This document shows positions 22,186 through 37,648 of a stretch of 64,000 bases of DNA, piece by piece (the first letter of the stretch is position 1; the number at the start of each line of letters is the position of its first letter). The DNA comes from Sporopachydermia quercuum. Its lineage: Eukaryota. The stretch spans positions 992,001 to 1,056,000 of the forward strand of contig BCGN01000001.1 of NCBI GenBank assembly GCA_001599295.1, given 5' to 3'. Below the pieces are notes generated by a model, which saw only the letters and a list, made by a program, of their open reading frames with translations, was not told the DNA's origin and ran no database searches. The position numbers were made by a program, and so were the translations under genes.

Positions 22186-22963
22186 TGTTTATAATTTGTG
22201 TGAGATGCTTATAGTATGGTTATGGTTAGTTCAAATCAACTACTATCACCACCTACTGATCATTGATAGAGCCTTGCAATGAATTAGCAGTTAAATGTAA
22301 TTTGATTTATAGCTCCACGATAAATATTTTAACCCAATACAAGATGTTATTGCGGTGCATCGAATGTATATTTCTTTCCTGTAATTCGTTCGGTATGGGG
22401 GTGATTGAATGAAGATGAAGGAGAAAGAGAAGTGTTGATACTTTACCGGATGAGAGATTGAGTTTGTAGGACTGGAGAGAGACACTGGGGGGTAAGAAAA
22501 GAGGTGGCATGTGCTACATTTTCTGGTTTGCGGGAAATCGTAGGAACAAAGTAACCATTAAGTCATGTGATCTACTACGGGAAATGTGGGATTTGGTTCA
22601 AAAAGATTGAGAAAATGCGGGCGGATGAATAAGAAAATAGGAATTTATAGAGTTCAGTTGGGTATTTAAAGGGGAAAGAACAAGTAAAAAGTATATCAAT
22701 TTAATTAAAGTGCACAATTGTAGATAGTAATGTAGAATTCGACTGTAGTTAATTTCGTTATTATTTTGTACTAGACCTTCATTTGTTTGCATTACATATT
22801 CNGTACCGCCTAGCGTTGCTCCAGTCGCTTTACGACGTAACATTAAAAATCATACACTTCCACCCTCGAACAAATCTCTCATTTTTATTTTTTATATAAT
22901 TTCTAACCTTGAGAATCTCTAGTTTGACATAATCGCATACATCGACATTCATCCCCCAATGAA

Positions 22964-23573
22964 TCAAACAGTTCTTCTATCTGACATATATCTAGCAATA
23001 GGGCCAACTCCTGTGAGCTCGATTGTTTTATCAAACCATGCTAGTAAAATGCTTCCAATGTTATGACTTGAACTGGAATTTGATGAGCTAGATGAATTAC
23101 TAAACTCCATTCCTTTATATAGATATTTCACTAAAACATCTTGTTGTTCTGATGTTAAGCCTGCAACAACTTTTCCTATNTCCGTTGATCTAATAGATGA
23201 TAACACTTCAATGACAGATTTCAAATGTAATTCCTAATAGAGTGTCAGTAAAGCAATTTACACAATATTGAGCTACTATCTCTTCGTCATCTCATCTTAT
23301 CCTGTTGATGTGATTCATCTTCAGATCGAGGAGTCTTCCTTATCTATTTCAACTTACCTTGGTTCTATCATCACCTCCGTAAGGTGGGTTATCTAAAGCT
23401 AACGCCAATGCATCAGCACTACCTCCTTGCGAAAGACCTGATCGGATTTGTTGATATAATGATGAAATCTCTTCATAACTCACTGGTGGTGCATCTGGCT
23501 TGAGATCCTCTGCTGATAGATAGTTCTCAGTATCATATTGTTCAATCGGAATCCGTCGAAAGTTCACTTCCAT
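22964..23573 (-). CDS. ARC15: Arp2/3 complex subunit 5, 2 exons
   Basis: Exon 1 23573-23358, intron 23357-23234 (GTAAGT...TACTGAC-ACTCTATTAG), exon 2 23233-22964. NFRRI.I, AL.NPPYGGD..TK|ELHL..V, DVLVKYLYKGM, G.GPI.RYMSDRRTV. Confidence 0.95.
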
Positions 23574-24080
23574 TTTGACAAGAATTTTTGATTTTACACA
23601 CTAGATATAAAGATCAACAAATTAAAAAAGGAGATCAAAAGTATCCATAGATAACGAATGTCTGGCAAGCGGTTTCAGCAATGTTTATGTTAATCATGGT
23701 AATCAATTGAGGCCATGTTGAGATAACACAGAGTGAAAGGTGATGGATTTAAGGAAAGACCCTATTGCAAATGGGGATCTGAACAAGAAGAATATGGGTG
23801 TAGCTCTAGGGTCTGTTATTCTTTGAATAAAGGTCTATGACAAGATTATGCATCTCTATGTATAATCTGCATATCATACATAAGAACACACAGTCAACAA
23901 AATTGACTACTATTTTACATGACTTCTTACAATAAAATATAAATAATATCTAAAACACATACTGGCATACAAAAATTTGGAAACAAAATAGAGTAAAATC
24001 TAATTTATCCTCATTCTAAACATTCTAAACCAAGCAGATTCTTCTCCTCATTCTCTACAACTCATCATCTTATGCAAAAC

Positions 24081-26762
<2,682 letters not shown>

Positions 26763-27049
26763 TCACCGTTGTTTCCTTGGATACAAATACTATAATATTC
26801 GCTGTTTTCTTTGTTCAAAGAACCAGTTCCGAATCTATCAATTGGTACACAATTAATCGATCGCNGAGTTACAACAATCAAAGTCTCAAAAATGGAATCA
26901 ATACTTGTAGGTTAAAACCTCACCACAGCGTGACATAACCAAACAAACAGTCAGGGGGTATAGATACTCTAGTATTTGATAGATATGTAAANATTGCTCT
27001 CCGTTTGCTTGGCCAGTGAATAATCTGTAAAATTGAGTATAATTTTCAG

Positions 27050-27076
27050 TGACTCCTCTTTTTCTACAAAGAGGAG
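27050..27076. promoter_or_regulatory. Gcn4-type TGACTC site overlapping a 9-bp palindrome upstream of ARG5,6
   Basis: TGACTC at 27050-27055. CTCCTCTTT-ttctac-AAAGAGGAG at 27053-27076, about 290 bp upstream of the ATG. ARG genes are established Gcn4 and ArgR-Mcm1 targets. Confidence 0.4.
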
Positions 27077-28360
27077 AAAGGATTTTTGTGAGTTTAGGTT
27101 TTGAAAAAATTTACTGCATGAGAAGACATTTAGATGCACGAAGGTGCGTCATTTTTAATTAAGTGCAAGAGATGTGTTAATACTGGAAGACAAAATTGAA
27201 AGGAAATGTTTGGGAAGAAAATACGGAAATATACTTGGAGATTTAGATGGATTATATAGAAGTGCTTTGAGAAAAAATATTCAGATCAAAAAACTGCTTT
27301 CGGAGAAATAATTGTTTGAAGATGAGTTTCTAAGAAACGGGTATGCAGGTTATTGGAAAAAAGAAATTAGTACTCATACTAAGGGAGATTGAGAACTTAC
27401 AGTTGACAATCTTTAGAAAATGTAAAACACAACTTGGCTGTTGTTGGCTTATTAACTTAAGGCTAATTTACTAGTATTATTAAATATTGTAATCAGTCAC
27501 AATCTTGAAAGTATGTCTTCTAAGTATCTTAAGAACGGTTTGATGCTAGAAGTCATCATTTGAGAGAAAAAAAAAAGAAAAAAAAAGATTTAAAGTTAAT
27601 TGATTAAATTCATTTGTGGAGACTAACTATGCAGCAACTCAACTACTGTGTCTATGAGCTTTCACCTATGATACGTCGTGNTTCGTTAACAACTTCGATT
27701 AATTTTACGTCCCCAAAATCTGTATAATCCTCATTTGTCTTATTTAGTTATTTTTCTACTTATAATCGTCGTAATCCTTGCAAACCATTCGATATGCAAA
27801 CTAGTCCAAAAAAAAAATGACTTAAAGTTACGCAAAAAAACTTCACTCCCTAGTTAGCCACAACATACATGAACTCTGCATAAGAATGATAAGATACTCC
27901 AGAGAGAGCGAAATTCTCACGAGTATATGCAAATAATCAATTCCCAATAGATATTCAAAACAGTAGATTCAAATGTAAGATTTCCCATAAGTTATTCTCC
28001 CTTGTAGGTATGTAACTTTTGACATNCCCTACTCAACCACGTTTTGTTCGCTCATTTTTGCAAATATCTCAAATGCTCATCAGTCCTTCCGCCTCAGAAG
28101 CTCTATCCAACTTCAAGTCTCCTCGCACATAATAATTTGTGCTCACGTAATCATAAATCGGCTTTAAGATGGCAAACTAATGAANCGACATGTGAAATAT
28201 TATCATCTTTATGTGACATAATTCATTAACAATCTCTCCCTCTTAATGATCTCTCTTTAAATTCTTTCAGACCAACNGTTGTCTCTATTAGAAACAATAA
28301 ACGGATGATCTAACAAGTAAAATAATTGATATACAAATCAAATTAGTACACTAGAAAACA

Positions 28361-28943
28361 ATGGGTGCTAAGGAATATTTACCTGCATTGCAAGATGCCA
28401 ACACGTAAGTTACATCAGATCTTATCAGAGCATGTCATAGGATATCTCTGCAAAAGCAGAGTCAAACAGAGAGGCCCATGCACTTAGAGATATAATCTAT
28501 ACACATTANTAACTACCAATAGACCACTTAGTAATGAGCAGTTACTTGTTCTAAAACATCAGTTTGTAGAAGAAGGAGAATACGTTTCTATTCAAACGAG
28601 GTTCAACTATGCNTGGGGCTTGATCAAATCAAATAGAGAAACAGATCAACAGCTGGGAGTTCAAATACTCACCGATGTTTTCAGAGATGCTCCTAATCGC
28701 AGAAGAGAATGTTTGTACTATCTGGCAATAGGAAATTTCAAACTAGGAAATTATTCTCAAGCCAGGAAATATACCGAATCATTATTAGAACACGAGCCTG
28801 ATAACACTCAAGTGCTGTATTTGAAGGAAATGATTGAAGATAAAGTGGCAAAAGAAGGAATGATTGGTATAGCAATTGCTAGTGGAATAGTCGCTGTTGG
28901 AGCTACAATAGTAGGTGCTTTGATAAAGTCTCGTCGAAAGTAA
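28361..28943 (+). CDS. FIS1: Mitochondrial fission protein Fis1, 2 exons
   Basis: Exon 1 28361-28404 ([14 protein letters not shown]), intron 28405-28522 (GTAAGT...TAnTAAC-TACCAATAG), exon 2 28523-28943. [29 protein letters not shown]-terminal TM plus basic tail. Confidence 0.95.
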
Positions 28944-29168
28944 CGACATTAAAGAATAATGAAGAAGAGAGATCAATCAAAATTATCATTACGCCAGGTA
29001 AGCTAGAAGAAGATGATAATGCATTCATGTTTTAATTTTTTTCTTTTTGGATACGTTANTGAAACTGTCCGTAAACCATTTACATACACATCATAAAAAA
29101 TTGTTCATATCTTGGGGATCATTTATAACTATTTCTTCTCATAGGTTGTGTGAAACTGTCAATGTTTT

Positions 29169-31427
29169 CTAGTTGTCGTTTTGTAGCTCGGTGCCTAGTT
29201 TCCGAATGATTGCATAACGAACAAATATTTCAAGCATAGAAACTAACAGACTCAGACCAATCAATAAAATAATAATCCATGCAATTCTTGAAAAGTTGGT
29301 CTCAGCTATAGAGTCAGCTATAATATCAGTCAAATCAAGNAACACTTTGCACCTTTCATTCAGTACAAGTACTCGTTCTTCAATTTCAAGATATTCTCTT
29401 ACTGCAGAGTATAAAGGATTTAAACTGGGCTCACTGATCCAAAAGAAATCAGGGGTATCTAATACACTAGATGATAAGTTCACATCAACTCTCAGTTTAA
29501 ACAGCCTACCACTTAGTTTGATAATCTGTTCTCTTCGTAATCCCAATCTCCCTGTCAATGCCAATCTTTTAGGCAACTTTTTCGCCTCATTCATTAAAGA
29601 TCCCATACGTGCTTCAAATAAACATAATTTTGTACTCTGAGCTATTGCATGCGACATTGTCAGCTTTATCATATGGTCACCTGATTTCAGCGTAATCATA
29701 TCATTATAAATTCGAGGTCTGCTAACTGAGCTTGAGTATTCAAAGTGAAATGATTCGCTTTCAATATCTTGTTCGTGTATCGGTCTAATGACTAAAGAAT
29801 GGAGAATTTTCTCATCTTCTGCACCAGACACGGAAACCAGTGATCCTAATTCTGATTCTGAGTCCTCATTGTCTTCAGTATCACCATGGTCATGGCCATC
29901 GCTATCAGCTTCATCGTCCTCTTCTTCGTCGTCNTCTTCGTAGTCCTCTTCAAATTCAACATTAGCAAATGCCAGATCAGCTAAAATATCCTTCTCCTGT
30001 GCTTCAGTGAAATTCCAGAACATAACTACTCCATACTGGAAAATGAACAGCTCTGCATGCTTAGACATATCAATTGAATCTAGCTTACTAGTCGTAGAAC
30101 TAGAACTGGAAAAATTGTTATCAGAGTTTGAATTATCATCATTTCTGTCGTTATCAATCTTCTTCCTATCATCTTCTTCATTTGACCTTGTTTCAGCATC
30201 CGCGGAACGTTCACTTTCAATGGATTCGCTGATATCATCATTATTCGTTGAGCTACTATTTAGCTCCAATACTTCTTCTCTTGGCGGTGAAAAATATTGG
30301 GGCTCTGAAGGATCAAATGTAGGACTACTCCAATCGTTACTATGTCGTTTTGAGTTGTCATCCGTATTGCTAATATCATTCTCATCAGCCTCTCTTTCTT
30401 CTTCCCGTTCATCTTGGCCTGANTAATATTCAAAATGATGATCTTCCTGTTCAGACCTATCAATCAATTGCTCCATTAATGATTGCCCTAAAAACGTCTT
30501 GACTGAAGTGTTGCTTCTCAAGCGAAATCCATTCTGACCAGGAAGCAGAGGCAAAGAATAAGGTGCATATAACACTTCATCGTACAATCTTGGCTGTACG
30601 TGATGAGACCCTCTTAAAAAGGTAGCAGCTAATTTCAAATTGAACCCTTCAGAAATACAGTAAGCTGTAGCTCTGGAATAATTGTCTTTTCTTTGTTCTT
30701 TAGGCACTAGTCCTGACGAGAATCTGTCCTGATGAGAACTCAAGACATATCTTCTGTCAGTATGAGACCCTGGCGATGTTACATCCAACACATCGTCTTC
30801 AGGAATATAAACAAGCTTCTGGGATGTTTTGGAGGTTCTAGGGGGGATCGTGTTCACTCTTTTAGGCGGTACTCTTAATGATCTGTTAAGCAATCTTTGA
30901 TGGGCAGATCGAATAGATCTCGCTGATAACCCTCCAGGATTACTAATGNCTCCTGCTAATGGCGAAGAGTGTTTCGGGCGATAGTTCAACCCTGAACTTG
31001 AGCCTATTGGAGTTCTTTGCCGTGGATCATTTCTTCTTCCAACATTACCTATTGAAACATCACCAGAAGGTAGCAATGACCTTTCTTCTGGGTCCATAAA
31101 CTGTTCTGGCACTGCTCTTCGTTTAGCAGATGGAATTTCAGAGATTCCATTAAGTATATCATCAACAGAAATATCACTGAATCTACTGTTCCCACTGCTC
31201 CCTGTGCTTCCATAATACCTATCTCTAAGCTTGTTGAAACCTTGCGATATCCTCAGATTTGACTGTGATGTGCCATTACTGTTCACAGTTTGTTGAAAAT
31301 GACTTTTTGCAAAAGGTGCTGGCTGCCCTGATGGTTTGTTTCTTACATCTGTCACCAAAATAGAAGGCGATCTTTTTGCTGTAGGAAAGTTCCCATGTTT
31401 ATAAGGCCTTGACTGGTTTGAAGACAT
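29169..31427 (-). CDS. RMD8: RMD1/RMD8 (DUF155) family protein
   Basis: PPRTSKTSQKLV.IP, R.TAYCI.EGF.L, PRLYDE.LY.PY.LPLLPG, AE.FIF.YGV..FWNFTE, PRIYNDMITL, SHAIAQSTKL, C-terminal TM. Confidence 0.88.
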   Translation of the reverse strand: MSSNQSRPYKHGNFPTAKRSPSILVTDVRNKPSGQPAPFAKSHFQQTVNSNGTSQSNLRISQGFNKLRDRYYGSTGSSGNSRFSDISVDDILNGISEIPSAKRRAVPEQFMDPEERSLLPSGDVSIGNVGRRNDPRQRTPIGSSSGLNYRPKHSSPLAGXISNPGGLSARSIRSAHQRLLNRSLRVPPKRVNTIPPRTSKTSQKLVYIPEDDVLDVTSPGSHTDRRYVLSSHQDRFSSGLVPKEQRKDNYSRATAYCISEGFNLKLAATFLRGSHHVQPRLYDEVLYAPYSLPLLPGQNGFRLRSNTSVKTFLGQSLMEQLIDRSEQEDHHFEYXSGQDEREEEREADENDISNTDDNSKRHSNDWSSPTFDPSEPQYFSPPREEVLELNSSSTNNDDISESIESERSADAETRSNEEDDRKKIDNDRNDDNSNSDNNFSSSSSTTSKLDSIDMSKHAELFIFQYGVVMFWNFTEAQEKDILADLAFANVEFEEDYEXDDEEEDDEADSDGHDHGDTEDNEDSESELGSLVSVSGAEDEKILHSLVIRPIHEQDIESESFHFEYSSSVSRPRIYNDMITLKSGDHMIKLTMSHAIAQSTKLCLFEARMGSLMNEAKKLPKRLALTGRLGLRREQIIKLSGRLFKLRVDVNLSSSVLDTPDFFWISEPSLNPLYSAVREYLEIEERVLVLNERCKVXLDLTDIIADSIAETNFSRIAWIIILLIGLSLLVSMLEIFVRYAIIRKLGTELQNDN

Positions 31428-32374
31428 CTTGTGCTATTTGATAGGCAAGTATATATATATCTATATTTATAACTTTGTGGATTGGTTTCTGATCAATCAA
31501 AGGAAACTCCTAATATATCAGAAGCTTCGTTGTCTGTACTTAGTTTCAAATCCATCTGTTTATTATTTGACTTATTTGTCATAAAATAAATAAGTCTAAT
31601 ACGATATCAGCGTGATCATCAATAAATACTTTGGTTATATCAATAGTTCAATAGGTAGAAGGAAAGNACTTCAGGTACAATTGATCCGATGCAATCGACA
31701 GAGGAATCAAGAGTTTATTAAAAAAAAAATCCTATTGCTCTTCTAAACGGATTCTTGATAGTTGAGCGCACGTATTATGCTGTCTAAAGTCTCCGTGGTT
31801 ATTTTCTTAGCCTTTATCTCATGTAGTCATTTAATAGTATCTTTAGCTTATCACGTATATATATCTGTTATCTGTTAGCTCTCTGCATACAAATCACTTT
31901 AACAGCATGTAGATAGAATAGGTAGTTCCTTAAACGTGCAACCACAATTAAACTCCTTTCGCTAGACCTTTGTCATGTTCTTTGAGAGTCGCTANTACAA
32001 TAAATAATCCCCCCAATGATGACGTAATAATTATTTATCTCAAGCTTAAGACTACCATTTCATTGATATCGCGTCTCCNCTCAGAGTATAAACACCCGTT
32101 AACCAATTTTCACATTCAANAGGGTCTATCACACATAGAAAGCAAATGTTCAAATATCGTCACAATGATGGAGCTCTTACTTCTATATGGAATTCCAATA
32201 ACAAGCTACAAACTTTTTTCATAGATAAAGAAGAAGAGTATCAACAGTTTAGGTGGGCAATAGATGGAAACCTAGTAAGGGAAAGAAATATCAGCGTTAG
32301 TCGTGGATTCTGTATTCAATAGAACTCCATATACCCATAATCAACAGCAGTACAGACAACACAACACTATCAAG

Positions 32375-34006
32375 ATGTCAGACAGTGAATCAGTTGACGA
32401 CGAAGACCTCTTGAGATTAGCGGGAGCAGGTGACGATGAAGACTCTCTTGACTTGGGATCAGGATCAGAGTCTGAAGAAGAATCAAAAGTAAGCAAAAGG
32501 AGTAAATCTTCGGCTAAGAAACCAAGAAAAAAATCCAGACGCGATTCCTTTGATTCTGATGCATATGATTCAGAAGAAGAAGAAGAAGATGATGAGGATG
32601 AGTTGGTGAGCGATGAAGACGAATCTAATGATGAGCTTGAATTCAGAAACCCATATCCTTTAGAAGGAAAATATAAAGATGGAAAAGATCAGGAGTGGCT
32701 TGAATCCTTGCCAGAAGTTGAAAGGGAACAGATTCTCTTTGATCGTTCACAGGAAATGCAGAAATACAATGAACAGAAGTATTTAGCAAAACGTATGAAA
32801 GAAAGACGGTTGCAAGAAGAAGAAGCCAAAGGAAAAACATCAGACGCACGGGCTTCGAGAGCTGTTAGTAAGAAAACGAAAAACCAACTATCTGAATTAA
32901 AGAAAAGACGAGAAGAAAAAGGTGTAAANTCAAAGAGCAGGGAATCAGGGTCCAGGAGACATACTTCTGAAGATTATGAGGATGATGAGGATAATGAGAA
33001 AGACGATTACTATTCACCTGATGAATATTCTGATAGGGAAGGAGAAAGAAGTAGATACAAGGAAGAACACCGAGAGATTTCGCTCAATGATATCAATAAA
33101 GTCAGATTTGGTAGAACATTGTTTGCTAAATACTTTCAACATCCAGATTTTCCTACTGTTGTCATCGATTGTTTTTCAAGATTCAATATTGGAATAGATA
33201 ACTCAACGAGACAACCTGTTTATCGTTGTGTCCAAGTGAAAGGAATCATTGATGACGTGAAACCATATAAACTAGAAAATGCTGTTAGTGATAGAGCTTT
33301 GGAAGTAGCTTATGGTGCAAGTAGGAAGAAAAACATTAACATGGACGTTTTCTCTAATTCTCCAATTACGGAAAAAGAATTCAATGAATGGAAAACGCGT
33401 ATGAAGAAAGAAAACGTCGCATTGCCTTCACTTCGATCATTAGAAAAGAAATTCGAATCATTGACTCAAATGACAAGAAGACAACTAACACCAGAAGAAC
33501 TGGATTCTATGATTGGCCGTAAACAGAAATTCTCAAGAAACGCTGGTGCTAGTACTGTTATTAAAAAAGTGGATTTATCGACAAAACTAGCAATTGCCAA
33601 AGAAAAGGGCAATGACGCTGAAATTGCTGAGATTGAGAAAGAACTACGAGAACTTGAAACTCAAATCGACCAGAAGGTAATTGAGAAAATAGAAAGTGAT
33701 CAATCAAGACTTAATATCCGAAAACTGAACCAGAAGAATAGATCTATCAATAATGAAGCAATCAGACAAGCTGAAGTGAAAAATGCAAAGAAAAGAACAA
33801 CTGCTAATGATGCTTCGAACCCTTTCAATAGACTGAAGACTAATGCAAAGATTTACCATAAATCCGCTGATGATATTGAAGAAGAGGAAAGCAAAAAGGA
33901 TGTAGCAGAAGAAGTTCAACAGAATCAAACAGCTTTGAAGAATGAAAAGGTCATTGGTTTAGATGATATGATATCTACTTATATTAAGCTTGATGTTGAA
34001 ATATGA
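32375..34006 (+). CDS. RTF1: Paf1 complex subunit Rtf1 (Plus3 domain)
   Basis: [24 protein letters not shown]...[21 protein letters not shown], Plus3 region, N.LN.KNR..N...IR.AE, NPF.RLKT. First ATG at 32375. Confidence 0.93.
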   Translation: MSDSESVDDEDLLRLAGAGDDEDSLDLGSGSESEEESKVSKRSKSSAKKPRKKSRRDSFDSDAYDSEEEEEDDEDELVSDEDESNDELEFRNPYPLEGKYKDGKDQEWLESLPEVEREQILFDRSQEMQKYNEQKYLAKRMKERRLQEEEAKGKTSDARASRAVSKKTKNQLSELKKRREEKGVXSKSRESGSRRHTSEDYEDDEDNEKDDYYSPDEYSDREGERSRYKEEHREISLNDINKVRFGRTLFAKYFQHPDFPTVVIDCFSRFNIGIDNSTRQPVYRCVQVKGIIDDVKPYKLENAVSDRALEVAYGASRKKNINMDVFSNSPITEKEFNEWKTRMKKENVALPSLRSLEKKFESLTQMTRRQLTPEELDSMIGRKQKFSRNAGASTVIKKVDLSTKLAIAKEKGNDAEIAEIEKELRELETQIDQKVIEKIESDQSRLNIRKLNQKNRSINNEAIRQAEVKNAKKRTTANDASNPFNRLKTNAKIYHKSADDIEEEESKKDVAEEVQQNQTALKNEKVIGLDDMISTYIKLDVEI

Positions 34007-34357
34007 ACTTATTGGACCAATGCATCTAGCGTGTCTTACTTTTATCGTTTTCAACATTTTCAACGTTTTCAAGATGTTCTTTTCTTCGCTATGAAAGGTA
34101 TGTTATTATCCTTCAAGTACCCTTGTATTATAATATAAAAGACAACGAAAATGTATTGATATTCTCTCATCATAGTACTTTTTATGTATTTCCTACTAAA
34201 ATGTCTACGGCTCCATTATGCATGTATTCATGAAAATACAACTGATTGAGTTCAACCCTTCTATATTCCATGGACTGATTGATTATTGACATATTAAGCT
34301 TCTTGTATTTTATTTCTAATGATTCTTACAACTTGCTTCCTTAATCAAGCGAGACAA

Positions 34358-37300
34358 TCAATAAGCGATCTTGGCCGCTAATATCGACTTCTCTTCTTCT
34401 GTTAAATGAGAATAAATAGAAGAAAATGACCCTATATCATTCATAGAAACATCTTTGAAGAAATTTATCAGTATATCCGATATCTGCTCATCGGCTTCTT
34501 CCTCATTACCATCACCAGAATTATTTCCGAAACCTTCACTGTTGAAACCTCTTCCTTTTTCGTCGTCTCCGCTATTCAAATCACTTACGTACTGCTTCAA
34601 ATCGTCAAATGTAGGTGCACCTGAATCATCAACATCTTCCCAATCATCAGCATCATCATCATTTTCACTATAGGTATCACCACCATTCTCTCTACTGGCG
34701 GTAAATTGACTCANTTTAACCGCAGCTTGCTTCAAAACATCACTGGTTGTTTGATTAGATTCTGTTTGAGCAGCAAGCTCTTTTATAAACAGCTTAACTA
34801 TCTTTTCCATCACTGACACTTGTGTATATCTAATTGCCATAGTTTTAGCCTTTGAACGAGTTATTATTACGTCTTCCTCATTAGTTATTATATCACCGTT
34901 GACATAAATAGCAGCTACTCTCGCATCATTTAGATAGTATATCTTTGCTAACGCTGTGATGTTCTTCTTTATTTGAACGTACCCACGAATATACTCAAAT
35001 CCTTGAATCCATTTCTTCAACACTAGTTCTAAAGCAGATTGAGATCGACCTTGAGACTCAGATGGAGAATCAAAATGTAATCCTGCTAAGAAATTGATAG
35101 TCTCCTGGGGCATTTCATTGACCAAATAGCAAAAGACTTTGATGAGATTAGTAACAGTTAACACTGATTCAGCAGCAAGAAGCCTTTTCGTAGTTGCTTC
35201 AATCAATTCATGGGAATACTCAAATATTGAATCACCAAACCTTTCTAGAATACCAACAACTAATGATCCTACTTCCATAGCAGCAGAATCACTTATTTCT
35301 GGGCTCAGAAATACTGCTGCAACTTGTAGAACCACTTGTAAAGCTTGCGTATCCGATCGGATATACTCAAAGCTTTTCTCTATCAAATCAGAAAACGCTG
35401 ATCCTCCACTTTGAAGTATACAATCATCTTTGCATACTAACAACGTTTGAGATAGTACAGGAAAACATAATTCATAGACATCCTTTGGTAGCATTACTTC
35501 AGACCTGCATTCAAAGAAAATAGTTAGGAATTGGAGAGCAAGATTAAGATCAGGAACATAGTCTTCTAAAGTAACAGTTTCTGTTTGCTGGACCATTTTT
35601 GATACCATTCCTTTGATTGAGTTAATCACAGGCGGAAGGCCAAATCTACATACGTTGAGATACGTAGACTCAGATACACATTGTAATAAATCCGTTAGGG
35701 CTTCTTCTGCATCAACAACAAGCAAGACATTAGAAGCGTCCTTTCCAGCAGCTAGATAAATCAGTTCAAGCAGCTTTGGTGCTGCTTCTTCAATTACAGA
35801 GCTACTGTTGGATCCACCAGAAGTTCCTACTAAAATTACTGCTGATAAAGCCTCCAGGATCAAAGAAGGTGTATCATCACCAGCAGAAGGCAACACTTGC
35901 TCCACCAGTTGGATAATCTCCATCTCCATGCCTAACGGCACAGCGCTGACGATCTTTGTTGCCATCAAATGAAGAGTATTAAGAAACGACAGCTTCAGTA
36001 TTTGAGAATCACTGCTTTTCGCCATATTCAACATTCCGCTGAATAACAATTGATTGAAATCACTTATTTTGATTCTCGTTTCGCTTGCACATAGGAAATG
36101 TGGGACCAAAATACAGGCTCTACTCTTGACAAATATGTTATCTGACTCCTCTGTAGAATTGAAAATAGCTAAGAGTAACTCAACAAGCTTAACTAGAACA
36201 TTGGGCGCTAGCGATTTAGGAGAATTTTCAGCAGAAAACAACCCACAAAGTAGATATAACAACGATTCTTTGTACATCCAAGCCACATTATTAGAGTTAT
36301 AATTATACAGATCAAGAATATTCTCAGCCACTATTTTTCCAATAGGATTAAGTAGCTTACCATCCAATAAGTTGATTACATCGTCAACGGCTCCTCTTAC
36401 TGTTAATGTTGCTGAAAGACCTGTTTCCTCTATCACATAATCATCAACATTATCTTCCCAAATTTCTTTTAGTACCGCAGTAATAAAACACAACCTGCCC
36501 AATATTTCATTAACCAAACGATCAAAATCAATGGTCTCAATAGGAATCTTAGAGATGTAGGATCCTAACAATTGGACCATTTCTATCAGTAGGCTTGATA
36601 AAAATGTCTCCACATCGCTATCAGTATCATTTGGCAAACTCTCATTTATTGGTTGTAATACAAAATACTTCTCGTATATAGCTGCTGTGAAACATAGGTC
36701 TTCGAATATAATAGGATGATACTGTAGAACGTACAGTTTAAAATGAAGTCTAAAATTCGTTCTAACGAAATGAATAGTACGATATAGTTCTGTAGCAAAA
36801 TTTAAAACGTCTATTGCGAGAACTTGTGATATACTGTTTGAATGATTGATTTGAACGAATTGCTTTAAAGTTACTAGTAAAACAGTAACAACTTTTGGTA
36901 ATTGCTGTTCAACAGCTTCTACCAGCCTTGATTTCCCGGTACTTACTGTTGAAGTGTCCCGATTGTCGACATTGCTATCGATGGTATCATCAATAGCATC
37001 ATTTTCTTCTGAAGCAGATAGATAAGCTAAACATGTCTTGAAAACTTTCATAGCTTCAAGTTTAACTAAAATACCAGTATCGTTTCCACCAAATAATTCA
37101 GCACAACGAGTCATAACATTTGGTCCTAAGCCTGAGAAAAAGTCTTTATCAGTGATACAATCATCAAACATTTCTGTCAATATAGATAATCCTCCAAATA
37201 CTTGAGATTCAGTATCACCGTATAGCATTGATAGAACATCCTTGACTAAATCTGGCCATTCATCAGGATAATCAACAAGCGCGATAGCTCCAATTAAATT

Positions 37301-37648
37301 TGCTGCTACATTGCGGATTTTGGCATCTGGCGAACAAGATAGTTGCAGCAATTGATTACGCACCCCTTGTTTGATCTCAGTATTGATGGCTTTACCTTTG
37401 AAGGCATCAAATCCCATATTCCAATACATTGGTACGATTCTCTTGAGATAAATCATGCTAGCTTGTCGTATACCAATGATGTTGTTGCTATCACTGGCTA
37501 GCGCTATAAGAGCATAAGCAATACTGGTTGGATCATTGTCAGCATTTTGTAAAAAATTGCGTTCTGCTATTACTCGAGCATCGTTATTTGACTGCTGACT
37601 GGCTTCGATAAGCCTGAGAACTTCAGCAACATTGTAATGTGTACTCAT
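34358..37648 (-). CDS. KAP114: Importin-9-like karyopherin
   Basis: IBN_N-type N-terminus, IA.VDYPDEWPDL, HEAT-like helices, IITRSKAK...YTQV and an acidic DDWEDVDD loop. Neighbours RTF1, ankyrin gene and TAD1 as in S. cerevisiae YGL241-244. Confidence 0.9.
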   Translation of the reverse strand: MSTHYNVAEVLRLIEASQQSNNDARVIAERNFLQNADNDPTSIAYALIALASDSNNIIGIRQASMIYLKRIVPMYWNMGFDAFKGKAINTEIKQGVRNQLLQLSCSPDAKIRNVAANLIGAIALVDYPDEWPDLVKDVLSMLYGDTESQVFGGLSILTEMFDDCITDKDFFSGLGPNVMTRCAELFGGNDTGILVKLEAMKVFKTCLAYLSASEENDAIDDTIDSNVDNRDTSTVSTGKSRLVEAVEQQLPKVVTVLLVTLKQFVQINHSNSISQVLAIDVLNFATELYRTIHFVRTNFRLHFKLYVLQYHPIIFEDLCFTAAIYEKYFVLQPINESLPNDTDSDVETFLSSLLIEMVQLLGSYISKIPIETIDFDRLVNEILGRLCFITAVLKEIWEDNVDDYVIEETGLSATLTVRGAVDDVINLLDGKLLNPIGKIVAENILDLYNYNSNNVAWMYKESLLYLLCGLFSAENSPKSLAPNVLVKLVELLLAIFNSTEESDNIFVKSRACILVPHFLCASETRIKISDFNQLLFSGMLNMAKSSDSQILKLSFLNTLHLMATKIVSAVPLGMEMEIIQLVEQVLPSAGDDTPSLILEALSAVILVGTSGGSNSSSVIEEAAPKLLELIYLAAGKDASNVLLVVDAEEALTDLLQCVSESTYLNVCRFGLPPVINSIKGMVSKMVQQTETVTLEDYVPDLNLALQFLTIFFECRSEVMLPKDVYELCFPVLSQTLLVCKDDCILQSGGSAFSDLIEKSFEYIRSDTQALQVVLQVAAVFLSPEISDSAAMEVGSLVVGILERFGDSIFEYSHELIEATTKRLLAAESVLTVTNLIKVFCYLVNEMPQETINFLAGLHFDSPSESQGRSQSALELVLKKWIQGFEYIRGYVQIKKNITALAKIYYLNDARVAAIYVNGDIITNEEDVIITRSKAKTMAIRYTQVSVMEKIVKLFIKELAAQTESNQTTSDVLKQAAVKXSQFTASRENGGDTYSENDDDADDWEDVDDSGAPTFDDLKQYVSDLNSGDDEKGRGFNSEGFGNNSGDGNEEEADEQISDILINFFKDVSMNDIGSFSSIYSHLTEEEKSILAAKIAY

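Noticed and set aside
22725..22860. Possible H/ACA snoRNA on the minus strand between YRB2 and ARC15
   Set aside because: Only one weak hairpin and generic ANANNA/ACA matches, with no identifiable rRNA guide.
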